Notes: generated by a model not told the origin, from the sequence alone. A stretch of 64,000 nt of DNA from an uncultured Methanosarcinales archaeon (GCA_964535955.1 CAZHVK010000004.1:70222-134221), one strand, 5' to 3'. Shown: positions 29,901 to 39,283, counted from the stretch's first letter. Made by a program: numbers and translations.

Positions 29901-32439
29901 CAGCGATTCTTAGTTCAGAATTAATTCCAGTAATTCCTTCTCTTTCAAAAATATTAACTGTTTCTCCTGTATCAATGTCAAAACTCATCCCATTATTTTT
30001 AATCAAATGGATAGCTGTAGGAATATCAGGTGCAATTCCTTTTTGTATAAGTTCAGAAGCAAAATTAAGCCCTTGTGACAAAACAACTTTATCATACTCA
30101 ACAATGTCTAATGCACTAAACTGTTCTTGTACAACATCTACTCCAAAATCAGCAATATTTCCAGGATTTAAAGCTGCAAATGCATTTGCTATGGAGATGT
30201 CTTTTGAAAAATCTTTATAAGGTTTTTTTAATCTTTGTTCCCATTGTTGATATCCTACTTCATTATTTTTTAATGCAACCCCAATATAATTTAATGAATC
30301 TAATTTTGTGATTGTTTTTTTAGCTTGTTTTCCTTCAGTGCTAATAGGATCATGTTTGATAATATCATTAAGATATTGTCTTGCAATATCAGTATTTCCA
30401 TGCCTGGAATAATATGCTGCAAGTTCTAATGAAGCAATACTAGCTTGTCTACTTCCTTTATGTTGAGAAGCTACTGATATTAATTCTTTTCTTCCTTTAG
30501 ACAAGTCACCTTTTGCAAAATATGCATGCGCTTTCATCAGATCCTGCATATTCTCTCCTAAAAACAATTGTGATTTTTTTGCACTTAACAAGTTTACAGA
30601 AGTTCCTTGTTTTAATTCTAGTTTTCTTATTCTGTTTTTAAGTTCTTTATAAAATTTCTCTCTTCCTTCAAGATGAAAAATAGCTTTTTCTTCCTGACTA
30701 TCTAGTTCAGTTAACTTTTTCTTTAACAACTTTAGTTCTTTTTCTTCAGATTCAGTCAGCCTGCTCTCAATATTATTGCCATACCTTATACCAAATATAT
30801 GATTAACACCAAAATATGCTTGTCTATCACCTAATTCTACCATTATGTCTTTATCAATTGCTAAAAATTTATCAGGATCAATATCAATATCTGCTAACAA
30901 TGCAAGGCTTTGTTTATCAAACTCTAGTTCTGGTTTGCCATCCTTGTTGACAACAGTTGTTTTGATTCTCATTGTGCCAGATACAAATCCTTGTTCTGCT
31001 GATAAGTCACCTGTCTTTACTTTTTTTGTTACTTCTGCAACAGCTCCATCCTGATCACTTTTTATATGGATTGACTCATCATCTTTGCTTACAATTATCT
31101 TACTATTTGTTCTATCCTGTAATCCTTTGCAATTACTATGTGGAGTATCAACTTCTACTTTTCCTACTGTTGCAACACCTTGTATCTCTCCTGCATCAAT
31201 GATCATTACCAATGATTCACCAGGAACCACACTCTTTTTTAGTTTAGCTGCCTTTTCTCCAACCACATTTATATCAAAATAAAGATTAGCAGCTGCAGAA
31301 TCGTGCTTGACCTTTATATCATTCTTTTTATCAGAATATTTTCCATCCTTTGACAATAATTTTGCTGTTCTAAGATAATTGCCTCCTCCAAACTCTACTT
31401 CAAACTCTCCTGAAAACAAATGCTGTCTGTCATCACTTGCTTCACTGAATATTTCACCAAACTCTGTTTCAGCATCTTTTGCACTCAACTTTTTCCAGCT
31501 ACCATCTTGGTTAAATTCAATTTGTGAAACTCCTTTAATCCTACCATGTAATAAGTCAGTTAATGAAGAACTCTTATCCAATAATTCAACACTACTAAGT
31601 TTTTCATTTTCTAGCTTAGCTACAAACTTACCTCTTATCTCTTTCATGCCCATTACAACTTCTGCATTGTCAGCACTTATCTCTTCAGAACTTATCATAA
31701 GTGTTCCTTCAAAATTAATAAACTCACCTAATTCAAACTCTCCTTCAGCATAGCCTTTGACAATTGTCTTAAGTTCTTCTATCTTCATATTTGTACCAGG
31801 AGCAATCTCAGAAACAACAAGTCCTGTCTTAGGGTCGACAACAGCACCGCCTGTGTTAAATGTGATAGAGCCGTCTTTTTCTAATACCATTTGTTCTCCT
31901 TGAACACCCATATTTCTTGGTTCAAACACAAACTCATTGTCTTCAGAATCATAACTTATCTTTGTCGCACCGTATGGAATCTTTCCTTGTTCTTCATCAC
32001 CTATTGTTAAGATAAGTTCACTGGTCTTTTCTTGATCACCATCATCATACTTAAACTTTATTTTAGCAGGATCATCTGAAAACTTCATACCTTTTACAAC
32101 ATTAAATTCAATCTCTTCATTACCAATCAAGTTTTGCATGTGCTTGTTAAATGCTTCAGCATTTTCACTTATGTCAACTTTAGAAAAATACTTATTGATA
32201 GATTCTCTATTTTCTTCAACATCTAGATTTTCCAGGTCACTAAAAAACTTTTTAGCACATTCAAGACACTCTTCAACATTCTTGGGATCTTTGAAAAATT
32301 CTATCTGTTTTTCATGAGGATACGCTTCAAACCAGCTTATATCTTTTTCTTCAGCATTAGCCTCATCACCATTTTCTCCAATAACATATAGGCTACATAA
32401 AACAATTACAATCATTAAAAAATACATTATTTTCTTCAT
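26914..32439 (-). CDS. giant exported protein, putative polymorphic toxin (stalk, TPR-like segment, hydrophobic region, ART-like domain, CCA-enzyme-like tail)
   Basis: Signal peptide; TPR-like LELAAYYSRHGNTDIARQYL; Ala/Gly-rich hydrophobic region; YSHSTSFENLERILETGSLKP...YGDVEF...RIEGHH; terminal PFLTGGDIM..KPGPEVGK...TREEAI. Confidence 0.7.
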   Translation of the reverse strand: MKKIMYFLMIVIVLCSLYVIGENGDEANAEEKDISWFEAYPHEKQIEFFKDPKNVEECLECAKKFFSDLENLDVEENRESINKYFSKVDISENAEAFNKHMQNLIGNEEIEFNVVKGMKFSDDPAKIKFKYDDGDQEKTSELILTIGDEEQGKIPYGATKISYDSEDNEFVFEPRNMGVQGEQMVLEKDGSITFNTGGAVVDPKTGLVVSEIAPGTNMKIEELKTIVKGYAEGEFELGEFINFEGTLMISSEEISADNAEVVMGMKEIRGKFVAKLENEKLSSVELLDKSSSLTDLLHGRIKGVSQIEFNQDGSWKKLSAKDAETEFGEIFSEASDDRQHLFSGEFEVEFGGGNYLRTAKLLSKDGKYSDKKNDIKVKHDSAAANLYFDINVVGEKAAKLKKSVVPGESLVMIIDAGEIQGVATVGKVEVDTPHSNCKGLQDRTNSKIIVSKDDESIHIKSDQDGAVAEVTKKVKTGDLSAEQGFVSGTMRIKTTVVNKDGKPELEFDKQSLALLADIDIDPDKFLAIDKDIMVELGDRQAYFGVNHIFGIRYGNNIESRLTESEEKELKLLKKKLTELDSQEEKAIFHLEGREKFYKELKNRIRKLELKQGTSVNLLSAKKSQLFLGENMQDLMKAHAYFAKGDLSKGRKELISVASQHKGSRQASIASLELAAYYSRHGNTDIARQYLNDIIKHDPISTEGKQAKKTITKLDSLNYIGVALKNNEVGYQQWEQRLKKPYKDFSKDISIANAFAALNPGNIADFGVDVVQEQFSALDIVEYDKVVLSQGLNFASELIQKGIAPDIPTAIHLIKNNGMSFDIDTGETVNIFEREGITGINSELRIADPRTRETILYTQAVSESLENNPMMQVAIQTQGWNKELPSVEEIEAKKLQAAIKYRSQDNFQAAASVISKQLMASTDEKIAAQAKELYVSITGEGSGSKFKDAFLVGDEFAQYSIGSTAFAIANPAALAGYGLIAKGGGALLSSTTTGAKMVKTLALAKAKLGHAGGVVTKVLAEVGVEVIEEGAGYIHPSLELLVMALDGGPDADYLLEQGLEATSKLTVIDGETLNVLAADTTFNAGKLALKNMEVLEGGWKVMDPNGNSFFIAKNVDLNSPRFHDITEVKQGMEQMFKAADAQYKFEQAIAALDGKTIDEPMTLQALFNAEMSEPTTDDLKRLMTAKEIQTEFYLKGEQVDASLEQKVNDAVTEDAGVADALDDKIRQELKIGKDRFSEKAAVLLQGEYKADQAALISFENLDDDLSVLKGSDGSPVIVYQGKEINLNDPNIEFRSVKNGCPGYVIKSENGLETILFVTKKGEFSVVLQSDMEGFSTAKASEESVASMRQKIEHTLTQDTDRKSVIKEEHDLLKLRQEDNAAFDEAMFRVYRENAMKNSVHNREVLVQQQIQQVAARTGVKPEEIQALMQEFRGQSKAVVESLGYSHSTSFENLERILETGSLKPRDIPSPRDALKGSKGDVFTMLDPSYQYGDVEFFYLPRILDDGSVYLPGDLKNGVQKNIALQKGGTSFGKKIDGVMDAENAKEFLSENMVIDMVERKLQKGYSLEQIKKGSFTEQDMYRYYLETNPKSPKNQFLEQMNKRLSQGEKLEDILNDPKYRQYVESKPNKQKNPVEEQIKQRIKQGEKLEEILDTPESRYEYYASTLGESGAARANDYTAFGRIEGHHPFEQTDLSKGVIVASMERRDEVIELLKKTGQLGKVKVVLVEGDGWGRCIPGKSVPEHVSPETRMSVYAHLSGLEGGDVVDLGNNIVKLKPKPLGDFSLKPAPKAKPFLTGGDIMSIKEVKPGPEVGKYMNMVKSWQAKGLIHTREEAIKMLKAAS

Positions 32440-32474
32440 CTTTTTATTTTCTTCTTCTCTTTATCTTTCCTTCA

Positions 32475-33509
32475 TCATCTCTCTTCAATACTCAACCTTA
32501 ACTTTTTCTCAACTTCATTCACACCATCACTTATTGTGATTGGTATTTCATAATTACCTACATCACCTGAAACAGGTGTAAACATTATTTTTCCATTCAT
32601 TCCAATATCAAACAACACTGTCTCATCTTCATATGTCAGTCTTTGATTTTCAGGATCATGACCACCAACATCCAAATAAAACAATTCACTAACATAAGCT
32701 GTCTGGTCACTTATATCATTAACAATAGGAATCTTATTTTCTACAAAACTATTTTCAACAGCAAAATTAAAAACAAAAACCTTATCATTAACATTAGAAT
32801 CAAGATCATATATTGAATAGACTAATGTGCTTTCATCATATGACATAAGACTAACATCAACACCGTGTGATGATAATTCTCCTAGATTAATTTTATCATT
32901 ATTCTTTGTTTTTTCTAGGATAGTATTTTTAACATCAAGAACATAACCAAGCCTTATAGGTAATACTTTGCTAAACTCAGACAACTCAGTCTTTTTGCTT
33001 CCTTCTATAATGGTGATTGGATAATTAATATTTACTTCAACATTATCCTCATTTACTCTGGTCTTAACATCTATTTCTCCATATTCAAAATCAAAATATT
33101 CTCTAAACAATTCAAAATCACTTAAGCACCCTTTGAATGAATCTGCAATAAACTTGTTTAGTTCATCTTGAATTTGTTTTTTTTCAGAAACAGGATCTAT
33201 ATTATTTTCATCATGATAATTAAGAATATATTTTTCAGTGATCAGCATTCCTGTGCTTGGAAAATAATCAGGATCATATACAAATCCTCCATTTTTTGCC
33301 AAAAGATATATTCCTGGTGCACTAACTTTTTCAACACAAGACTCTGCAAAATATTTAACAGAACTTTTGTCTGAAACTTTTACCACAAATTGTTGTTCTC
33401 CTTGTTGTTCTGTATACTTTGACACTAAAAAAAACAAACATGTTATTAGAATTACCAATACAATACCAATTATTATAAATACAGTCAATTGCCCTCTTTT
33501 ATTACTCAT
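32475..33509 (-). CDS. class III (pilin-like) signal peptide protein with C-terminal Ig/cadherin-like domain
   Basis: KRG/QLTVFIIIG prepilin-type motif; NKIP..DQT...DPENQRLTY...FTP...ITISDG. Confidence 0.75.
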   Translation of the reverse strand: MSNKRGQLTVFIIIGIVLVILITCLFFLVSKYTEQQGEQQFVVKVSDKSSVKYFAESCVEKVSAPGIYLLAKNGGFVYDPDYFPSTGMLITEKYILNYHDENNIDPVSEKKQIQDELNKFIADSFKGCLSDFELFREYFDFEYGEIDVKTRVNEDNVEVNINYPITIIEGSKKTELSEFSKVLPIRLGYVLDVKNTILEKTKNNDKINLGELSSHGVDVSLMSYDESTLVYSIYDLDSNVNDKVFVFNFAVENSFVENKIPIVNDISDQTAYVSELFYLDVGGHDPENQRLTYEDETVLFDIGMNGKIMFTPVSGDVGNYEIPITISDGVNEVEKKLRLSIEER

Positions 33510-33591
33510 AATACTATATTTATCCAACATATATATATAAATCTTACTTATTTATGTGTTGGTGCAACCACAAAGCTTACTTATTTTGACA

Positions 33592-34122
33592 TTACTTAGA
33601 AAGCTTTTTCTTTACTTTTTTTATTATTCCAGGAATCTTTTTTTCATCAATTCTTTTATACAAAGGGCCTATATAATCAAGAGCTTTATTATAACTTGTT
33701 ACAAAGTCTCTTATAGAAATAGCTATCAATACATTTCTTTGTTCTTTATTTTTTGGAAGCATCTTTTTAAGATCAGTCAGAAAATAATCAAGACTTTTGT
33801 CAAAAAACTCATTAATCGTCTCTTTATCAGACTTCCATCTGTATGGAATTATATCAATCTGTTTTATTAATTCATCATATACAGATTTATCTTTATCAAG
33901 ACAATAAACATTTAATTCAACAAATCCTTTATCATGTACATATTTTGAATTAAGGATCTTTTTATGGTTCTTGACAATTTCACACAATTTATTGAATATC
34001 TTTTCAAACTTAGTTTTCTCAATTCTATACTTCCACTTGCCTAATCTTTCTGTTTCAGTCAATACAAGATAATCTCCTTTAAGTTTCTTGCTTTTCTTAA
34101 GAATATATGTCCAAGCTTTCAT
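33592..34122 (-). CDS. hypothetical protein
   Basis: 176-aa ORF. Confidence 0.6.
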   Translation of the reverse strand: MKAWTYILKKSKKLKGDYLVLTETERLGKWKYRIEKTKFEKIFNKLCEIVKNHKKILNSKYVHDKGFVELNVYCLDKDKSVYDELIKQIDIIPYRWKSDKETINEFFDKSLDYFLTDLKKMLPKNKEQRNVLIAISIRDFVTSYNKALDYIGPLYKRIDEKKIPGIIKKVKKKLSK

Positions 34123-34234
34123 ATTATATAGTAGAATACTTCATAATATAAAAATTTAGCTTTTTACCTCATAATAATCACGAAATATGCAATATATACG
34201 AAACCTTTATATAGGTAAATTACTATAATACTTA

Positions 34235-34360
34235 TTGAAATTGAGGATTAGGACGGTTTCTAACGAAGATTTGGATAGTGAGGAAGATTTACACAAAGAG
34301 GAGACTGATTCTCTTGAAAATAAATACAATAAAACAAAAAAAACATGTCTTGAATTCTGA
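34235..34360 (+). CDS. possible 41-aa acidic microprotein (TTG start)
   Basis: Open frame about 22 nt downstream of a TTTATATA box at 34206; no homology recognised. Confidence 0.25.
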   Translation: MKLRIRTVSNEDLDSEEDLHKEETDSLENKYNKTKKTCLEF

Positions 34361-34361
34361 C

Positions 34362-34970
34362 TTAATTTATCTTAAAACTACTAATCATCTCTGTATACAC
34401 ATCAAAATTATCACATTGTCTAGGACATGAATATGTTATTGTGTATAACTTGTTATTAGCAATTGCAAATATCTGGTTTATTTCTGTTGTTTCTCCTTCA
34501 ATTATTTGTACAAATTTTAGAGTAGCTGCTTTATTATTATCAAGAGTGTCATCAACATTGCTCTTTATTAAGATAAAGTCTTCCACTTGCTCCTGTGTAG
34601 CTTTTATACTTACATCTAATAATTCTTTAAGATCTTTAACATATGTATCATCAATCTCTAGAACCACTATATTGATAACTTCATCATTTTCTGCTTGTTC
34701 TGGTACATAATTATAGATACCTTGCATAAGTAAAGTCTCTTTCCAGTCTTTTGGAATATTTACTTTAAAATCATCATTAGACACTGTTTCAAATTCTTCT
34801 GTTTTTTCTTGACTTGGTTTTTCTTGTTTTGGAAGAACATTTACTTTGTTTTGTTCTATGCTTTCACCTGGATCAGAATACAATTCTTGTTTATCAGGAG
34901 TCCCACACCCTGCAATAGGTAACATAATCATTAATAATCCTAAAAATATTATTAAAAAATTCTTTTTCAT
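34362..34970 (-). CDS. PsbP/DcrB-like lipoprotein
   Basis: IAGC lipobox; FKVNIPKDW...LYTITY...MISSFKI pattern. Confidence 0.75.
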   Translation of the reverse strand: MKKNFLIIFLGLLMIMLPIAGCGTPDKQELYSDPGESIEQNKVNVLPKQEKPSQEKTEEFETVSNDDFKVNIPKDWKETLLMQGIYNYVPEQAENDEVINIVVLEIDDTYVKDLKELLDVSIKATQEQVEDFILIKSNVDDTLDNNKAATLKFVQIIEGETTEINQIFAIANNKLYTITYSCPRQCDNFDVYTEMISSFKIN

Positions 34971-35109
34971 TATACAACACCTCTTGATTTTATTTATTAT
35001 TTATCTTTTGATTTATTATTTATTTAATATTATTAAATTGATTAATATTATTTAATTATATTAATAAATAACAAAATCATTTATAAACTTTTTCTTATTA
35101 ATTAAAGAT

Positions 35110-35838
35110 TCATGAATTTTCTATAAAATTATTTTCACCTAACAATCTTACAGCATTTCTAAACAAAATATTATTTTTATCTTTTTCACTAATATCGCAT
35201 CTTAACACTTTTTCCAACTCCAACTCTTGATCAGAATATGGAAAATCAGATCCAAACAATATCTTTTCACTTCCACACATCTTGACACCCATCTTGATAA
35301 TCATTGGTGATGAAACAATAGATGTTTCTAAATACAGATTCTTTAATTCTTTTGCTTTGCTGATCACAGATTCAACTCCATTTGCAAAATGTCCAAATAT
35401 AAAATTAATCTTAGGATATCTTTCAACCAACTCAATCAACCTGTCTGGATCTGTAGATGGAAGATTTTCTTTTCTTGTATGTATTAATACAACCAATCCA
35501 CTTTTCTCAATAATCCTAAATATTGGATCATACTTTTTGTCTAATGGGTCAAAGTTCTGCATTCTTGGATGAAGTTTTATTCCATCAAAACTTTTTAATT
35601 TGTTCTCTAGTTTATTCAGATCAATATTATTAGGATCTAGCCAAAAAAAAACAAAAAAAGAAAAACATGATTCATTGCATGCTTTTCTTAACTCATCACT
35701 TGCTTTTACCACATCATCACTCAACTTAAAACAAGCACAATGATTTACTTTGTTTTTCTTCATTTGTACTTCTAAGTCCCTCAGATCTACTGCAACATTC
35801 TTGTCCTTGCCAATATGTGTGTGTATGTCTATGATCAT
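35110..35838 (-). CDS. amidohydrolase family metal-dependent hydrolase
   Basis: IIDIHTH, GIKLHP, GH, YLETS, KILFGSDFP. Confidence 0.9.
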   Translation of the reverse strand: MIIDIHTHIGKDKNVAVDLRDLEVQMKKNKVNHCACFKLSDDVVKASDELRKACNESCFSFFVFFWLDPNNIDLNKLENKLKSFDGIKLHPRMQNFDPLDKKYDPIFRIIEKSGLVVLIHTRKENLPSTDPDRLIELVERYPKINFIFGHFANGVESVISKAKELKNLYLETSIVSSPMIIKMGVKMCGSEKILFGSDFPYSDQELELEKVLRCDISEKDKNNILFRNAVRLLGENNFIENS

Positions 35839-36425
35839 TTTTTCATCTCTAGGTATATCATAAAGTTTATTGTGTCTCCTTGTTCATAGTTCAGCACATC
35901 AAATATCTTATCTATTTCTTTTACACCACATTTTGGTTTTCCATCATTCAACATCCTTCCGCATACTTTTTCTTTTAACACTGTTTTTATACTATAACCA
36001 ATGATCTTTTTTTTTTGGACATAGCTATCTAGATTACTTTTCATCCCTTTAAAGACTATTGGATTTTGTGTATTGAATCCTAGTGCCTTTGTTTTATGCT
36101 TTAATGCTTCTTCAATTCCTTTACTCATCATTGCTTTTCCTATACCTTTCATTTGCGACTTTTGTCTTACAGCAGCTCCGCATAGGTAAACATGGTCAGG
36201 TTTGATCGTAGTGGTCTCAAATCCTTGGATCTCTTCACCTTCATAAACCAGGTACAATGTATCTGTCCCATACACATGATCAAACACTTCCTGAACAGTC
36301 ATCCCAGGACCAAATGCATCAAATGCTATATCTACTATCTGATTTATTGTTTTTTGCGGTAAAGATTCATACTCTTTCTTACCAATTACTTCTATGTCAA
36401 ATCCATTATACATTTTAGTTTTCAT
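35835..36425 (-). CDS. GNAT family N-acetyltransferase
   Basis: AVRQKSQMKGIGK acetyl-CoA motif. Confidence 0.8.
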   Translation of the reverse strand: MKTKMYNGFDIEVIGKKEYESLPQKTINQIVDIAFDAFGPGMTVQEVFDHVYGTDTLYLVYEGEEIQGFETTTIKPDHVYLCGAAVRQKSQMKGIGKAMMSKGIEEALKHKTKALGFNTQNPIVFKGMKSNLDSYVQKKKIIGYSIKTVLKEKVCGRMLNDGKPKCGVKEIDKIFDVLNYEQGDTINFMIYLEMKK

Positions 36426-36478
36426 TTTAACAGCCTCCGATCTATTTAGATCAATTTTTATTTCATAAAAAAAATAAG

Positions 36479-36574
36479 TGGGGTTGTTGGGACTTTCAAC
36501 AGACTGTCGTCTATATTTGAACCCAAACTTACTGGTCTGGAGCCAGCCGTGCTGCCAGACTACACCACAACCCC
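36479..36574 (-). tRNA. trnW: tRNA-Trp(CCA) with 23-nt intron in the T-loop (59/60)
   Basis: Acceptor GGGGTTG/CAACCCC-A; anticodon arm GCTGG-CTCCAGA-CCAGT; T stem TTGGG/CCCAA; splicing restores TTCAAAT; 3' CCA not encoded. Confidence 0.93.
36493..36515 (-). other. non-canonical tRNA intron with strict bulge-helix-bulge motif
   Basis: TTGGG-TTCA-AA/T-ATAGAC-GACA-GTCTGT-TGAA-AG/T-CCCAA: 4-bp central helix and two 3-nt bulges. Confidence 0.9.
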
Positions 36575-36795
36575 ATCATCAAAATTACAACTAACACCAA
36601 AATTTAGAATTAAATTTAATTTTTATAAGATGAAAAAAATTATGTTGTCTTGAATTTATTTTCAGTTTATCGTCTATAAAAATCTCAGAATTAATACTTC
36701 CAGGTACAATCACCGAATATGTTTGTGTTTGTCATATATGGAATGGTAAGTAAAGAAACTATTTAAAGTTTGTGATTTTGTGTTCGTGATTATTC

Positions 36796-37089
36796 CTAAG
36801 TCCAAACAACTACACATTCATTTCCGACAGTTTCACAATGACCTTGACCACAGTCCATTGTTTCTGGTTTACAATCCATTGTACACATTGTCATAGCACA
36901 GTCAGGTGCTTGCTGTTTCAGAACACAAGAAGTTGGATGACAGCATTGTTCAGGAACACATTGTCCTATAGAAGGTTGTACAGGAACATTTCCATCTTCT
37001 TCACCATTCTCAATATCAGTTTCACAGCCAATGATAGATACCAAAACAATTGCCATAACCGTCATCATGATCAATCTTATCTTTATCAT
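36796..37089 (-). CDS. small Cys-rich lipoprotein
   Basis: IIGC lipobox; CVPEQCCHPTSCV...CTMDC...C...C. Confidence 0.75.
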   Translation of the reverse strand: MIKIRLIMMTVMAIVLVSIIGCETDIENGEEDGNVPVQPSIGQCVPEQCCHPTSCVLKQQAPDCAMTMCTMDCKPETMDCGQGHCETVGNECVVVWT

Positions 37090-37144
37090 ACTTGTCTTAT
37101 TAATCACCATTATATTTAAATGTTGCTTATTATACCCACACAGC

Positions 37145-38083
37145 ATGGATAAAGATACATTAAAACAGACAATACATCAGATTGTGACAGATCATATAGA
37201 TTGTGATCCTAATATTTATACTGATCTTAAAGTGTTTGATAATCTAGAGATTATGAAAACTGATAATTTACTTGAATGTTGTTTTCAGATCATCAATTAT
37301 AAATATTTTTACAAACATCCTGTACTGGTTATGATGGAAGATGGAGATCTTTTTTATCATGAAACAGCACATTATATTACAAATGTAAGTCCTATTTTTG
37401 ATTTTTTAATAGAAAAAGGAGACAAGCTTGATTATTTTTGTGTAAAAGATTTAATTTATTATATTGCTGTCAATATCCTTGATCTTAATCCTAAAAACAG
37501 AGAAAAAAGAACTTTTACTACTATCACTCCTAATGCAGATGCATGGTCTGGTTATTTTTATATTTTGAATGAAGCTTTTTCTCAATATATCGAATCTGTA
37601 TACAATTCCCAAGATTTATCAAAATATTGTCTAGAAAATTATCTAGGTAAGACAAAGATCTTTCCAAAATATGTTCCTGATAAAGAAAACAAACTATTTT
37701 GTGATTTTAGAGACAAGGTTCTGATACCTTTTAAAGAAAATAAGACATATGATGTTGATACAATAAAAGATTTTGGCATAAAATTTCATAAGTATCCTAA
37801 TTCTTCTCTTATACATGAGATTGGTTTTATGCTTTCAAAAAAAGTTTCAGATGATTTGGAAAATAATAAGATAACTAAACAAGACATAGGAAAATACTTT
37901 ATCAAAGATTTGATAGAATTTTCATTCTTAAGATTTAATTATGCTTTTAAAGAATACAATGGAAATCATAAACATTTTAAAAAAAGAAAACAATTCTTCT
38001 CATCAATCCAAGACCTAGACATGGACTCAACAGAACTAAAATATAATCCTATGAATACATTTATAGAACTTTATATGAGGTGA
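37145..38083 (+). CDS. hypothetical protein with HExxH motif (possible zincin)
   Basis: YHETAHY and downstream LNEAFS; ATG 37145 chosen because the longer ORF overlaps the divergent gene. Confidence 0.55.
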   Translation: MDKDTLKQTIHQIVTDHIDCDPNIYTDLKVFDNLEIMKTDNLLECCFQIINYKYFYKHPVLVMMEDGDLFYHETAHYITNVSPIFDFLIEKGDKLDYFCVKDLIYYIAVNILDLNPKNREKRTFTTITPNADAWSGYFYILNEAFSQYIESVYNSQDLSKYCLENYLGKTKIFPKYVPDKENKLFCDFRDKVLIPFKENKTYDVDTIKDFGIKFHKYPNSSLIHEIGFMLSKKVSDDLENNKITKQDIGKYFIKDLIEFSFLRFNYAFKEYNGNHKHFKKRKQFFSSIQDLDMDSTELKYNPMNTFIELYMR

Positions 38084-39283
38084 TCACTCAAGAAAACAAT
38101 ACAGATTATAATCTTTCTCAATAAGATCGCAAACTTTTATCAATCTTATGTCAAGACCATCTTCTTTAGCTCTTATAGCTTCTTCATAAGAACCATCTTC
38201 ACCATGTGAAAAAGAAAAAGCAATAACAACACCTTTTGTCTTACCTTTTCTTCTCATCGCTGTTTCAAACTTATCAACCCATTCTCTTCCAACTTTTTCT
38301 ACTTTTTTTATAGAGATAGCGACTTGTGGATCATTTATAGGATACATCCCATCAATTCCTTTATCTCTTGTTGCTGGTGACCTTTGTGCACCTAAAATAT
38401 CGCAGATATAATGCTCAAATGCAATTGGTTTTAATTTTTCTAATTTCCTAATACTTAATTTTTCTAATTCATTTATGTCTGGTTTAAGATTAATACTTTC
38501 AACATATGAAACATTTCCATGCTTTTCCATTCTTTCCATTATGTCTTTACATAATATAGGAGAAATATCAATTCCAATATACTTTCTACCTAATGATTGC
38601 GCAATCTCTAGTGTCTGACCATTGCCGCACATTGGATCAACCACATTATCATTTTCATCAGTGCTTAATAATATTAATAATTCAACAAGATTTCTAGGTT
38701 TTCTTCTTTTATAACATTTGTATAATTGTTTATCTTGTTTATCAGGATCAATTTCCCACACATCACCATTTATTTCAATACCTTGTTTATTATTATATTC
38801 TTCAATAATCTCTTTATTAAATGTGATTAGTTTTTTATCACTTGGTTTTCTTATCTTAACATATCTTAGAATTACATCATATTTTTTATCAATATCTTTT
38901 TCTCTTGGTCTTCCTGATTTTTTCTTAACACTCCACACAATTCTGTTCCTGCACTTATCTCTTCCATTAAAAATATCATCCATCTTCATCTTAAGATAAT
39001 CAACATAATCAGGATTACAATGCAGATACATTGTGCCACCAGGTTTTAAAACCCTATGACATTGTTCTAATCTGAGTTCTACCCATGACAGATAATGCCT
39101 TATGCCGCCTTTTTTCATTTCTTCAAACATTTCTAATGTGTATTCATCATACTCTATTCCTTTTTTTCTTTTTACAGGAATATCAGCATATATAATATCA
39201 ATAATATTACTTTCAAAACCATCTCTAAAAACATCATAACAATCTCCACAGCATATTAAATTGTCTTCTAAACTGATTTGCAT
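38084..39283 (-). CDS. N6/N4 DNA methyltransferase fused to Mrr-like endonuclease, with degenerate motifs
   Basis: IIYADIPV, RVLKPGG, RNRIVW, VVDPMCGNGQT, IGIDIS; C-term FEHYIC..DKGIDG..ISIKK..KGVVIAFSFS. Confidence 0.85.
   Translation of the reverse strand: MQISLEDNLICCGDCYDVFRDGFESNIIDIIYADIPVKRKKGIEYDEYTLEMFEEMKKGGIRHYLSWVELRLEQCHRVLKPGGTMYLHCNPDYVDYLKMKMDDIFNGRDKCRNRIVWSVKKKSGRPREKDIDKKYDVILRYVKIRKPSDKKLITFNKEIIEEYNNKQGIEINGDVWEIDPDKQDKQLYKCYKRRKPRNLVELLILLSTDENDNVVDPMCGNGQTLEIAQSLGRKYIGIDISPILCKDIMERMEKHGNVSYVESINLKPDINELEKLSIRKLEKLKPIAFEHYICDILGAQRSPATRDKGIDGMYPINDPQVAISIKKVEKVGREWVDKFETAMRRKGKTKGVVIAFSFSHGEDGSYEEAIRAKEDGLDIRLIKVCDLIEKDYNLYCFLE

Noticed and set aside
34980..35105. Replication origin in the AT-rich spacer
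   Set aside because: No ORB-like repeats and no adjacent cdc6/orc1
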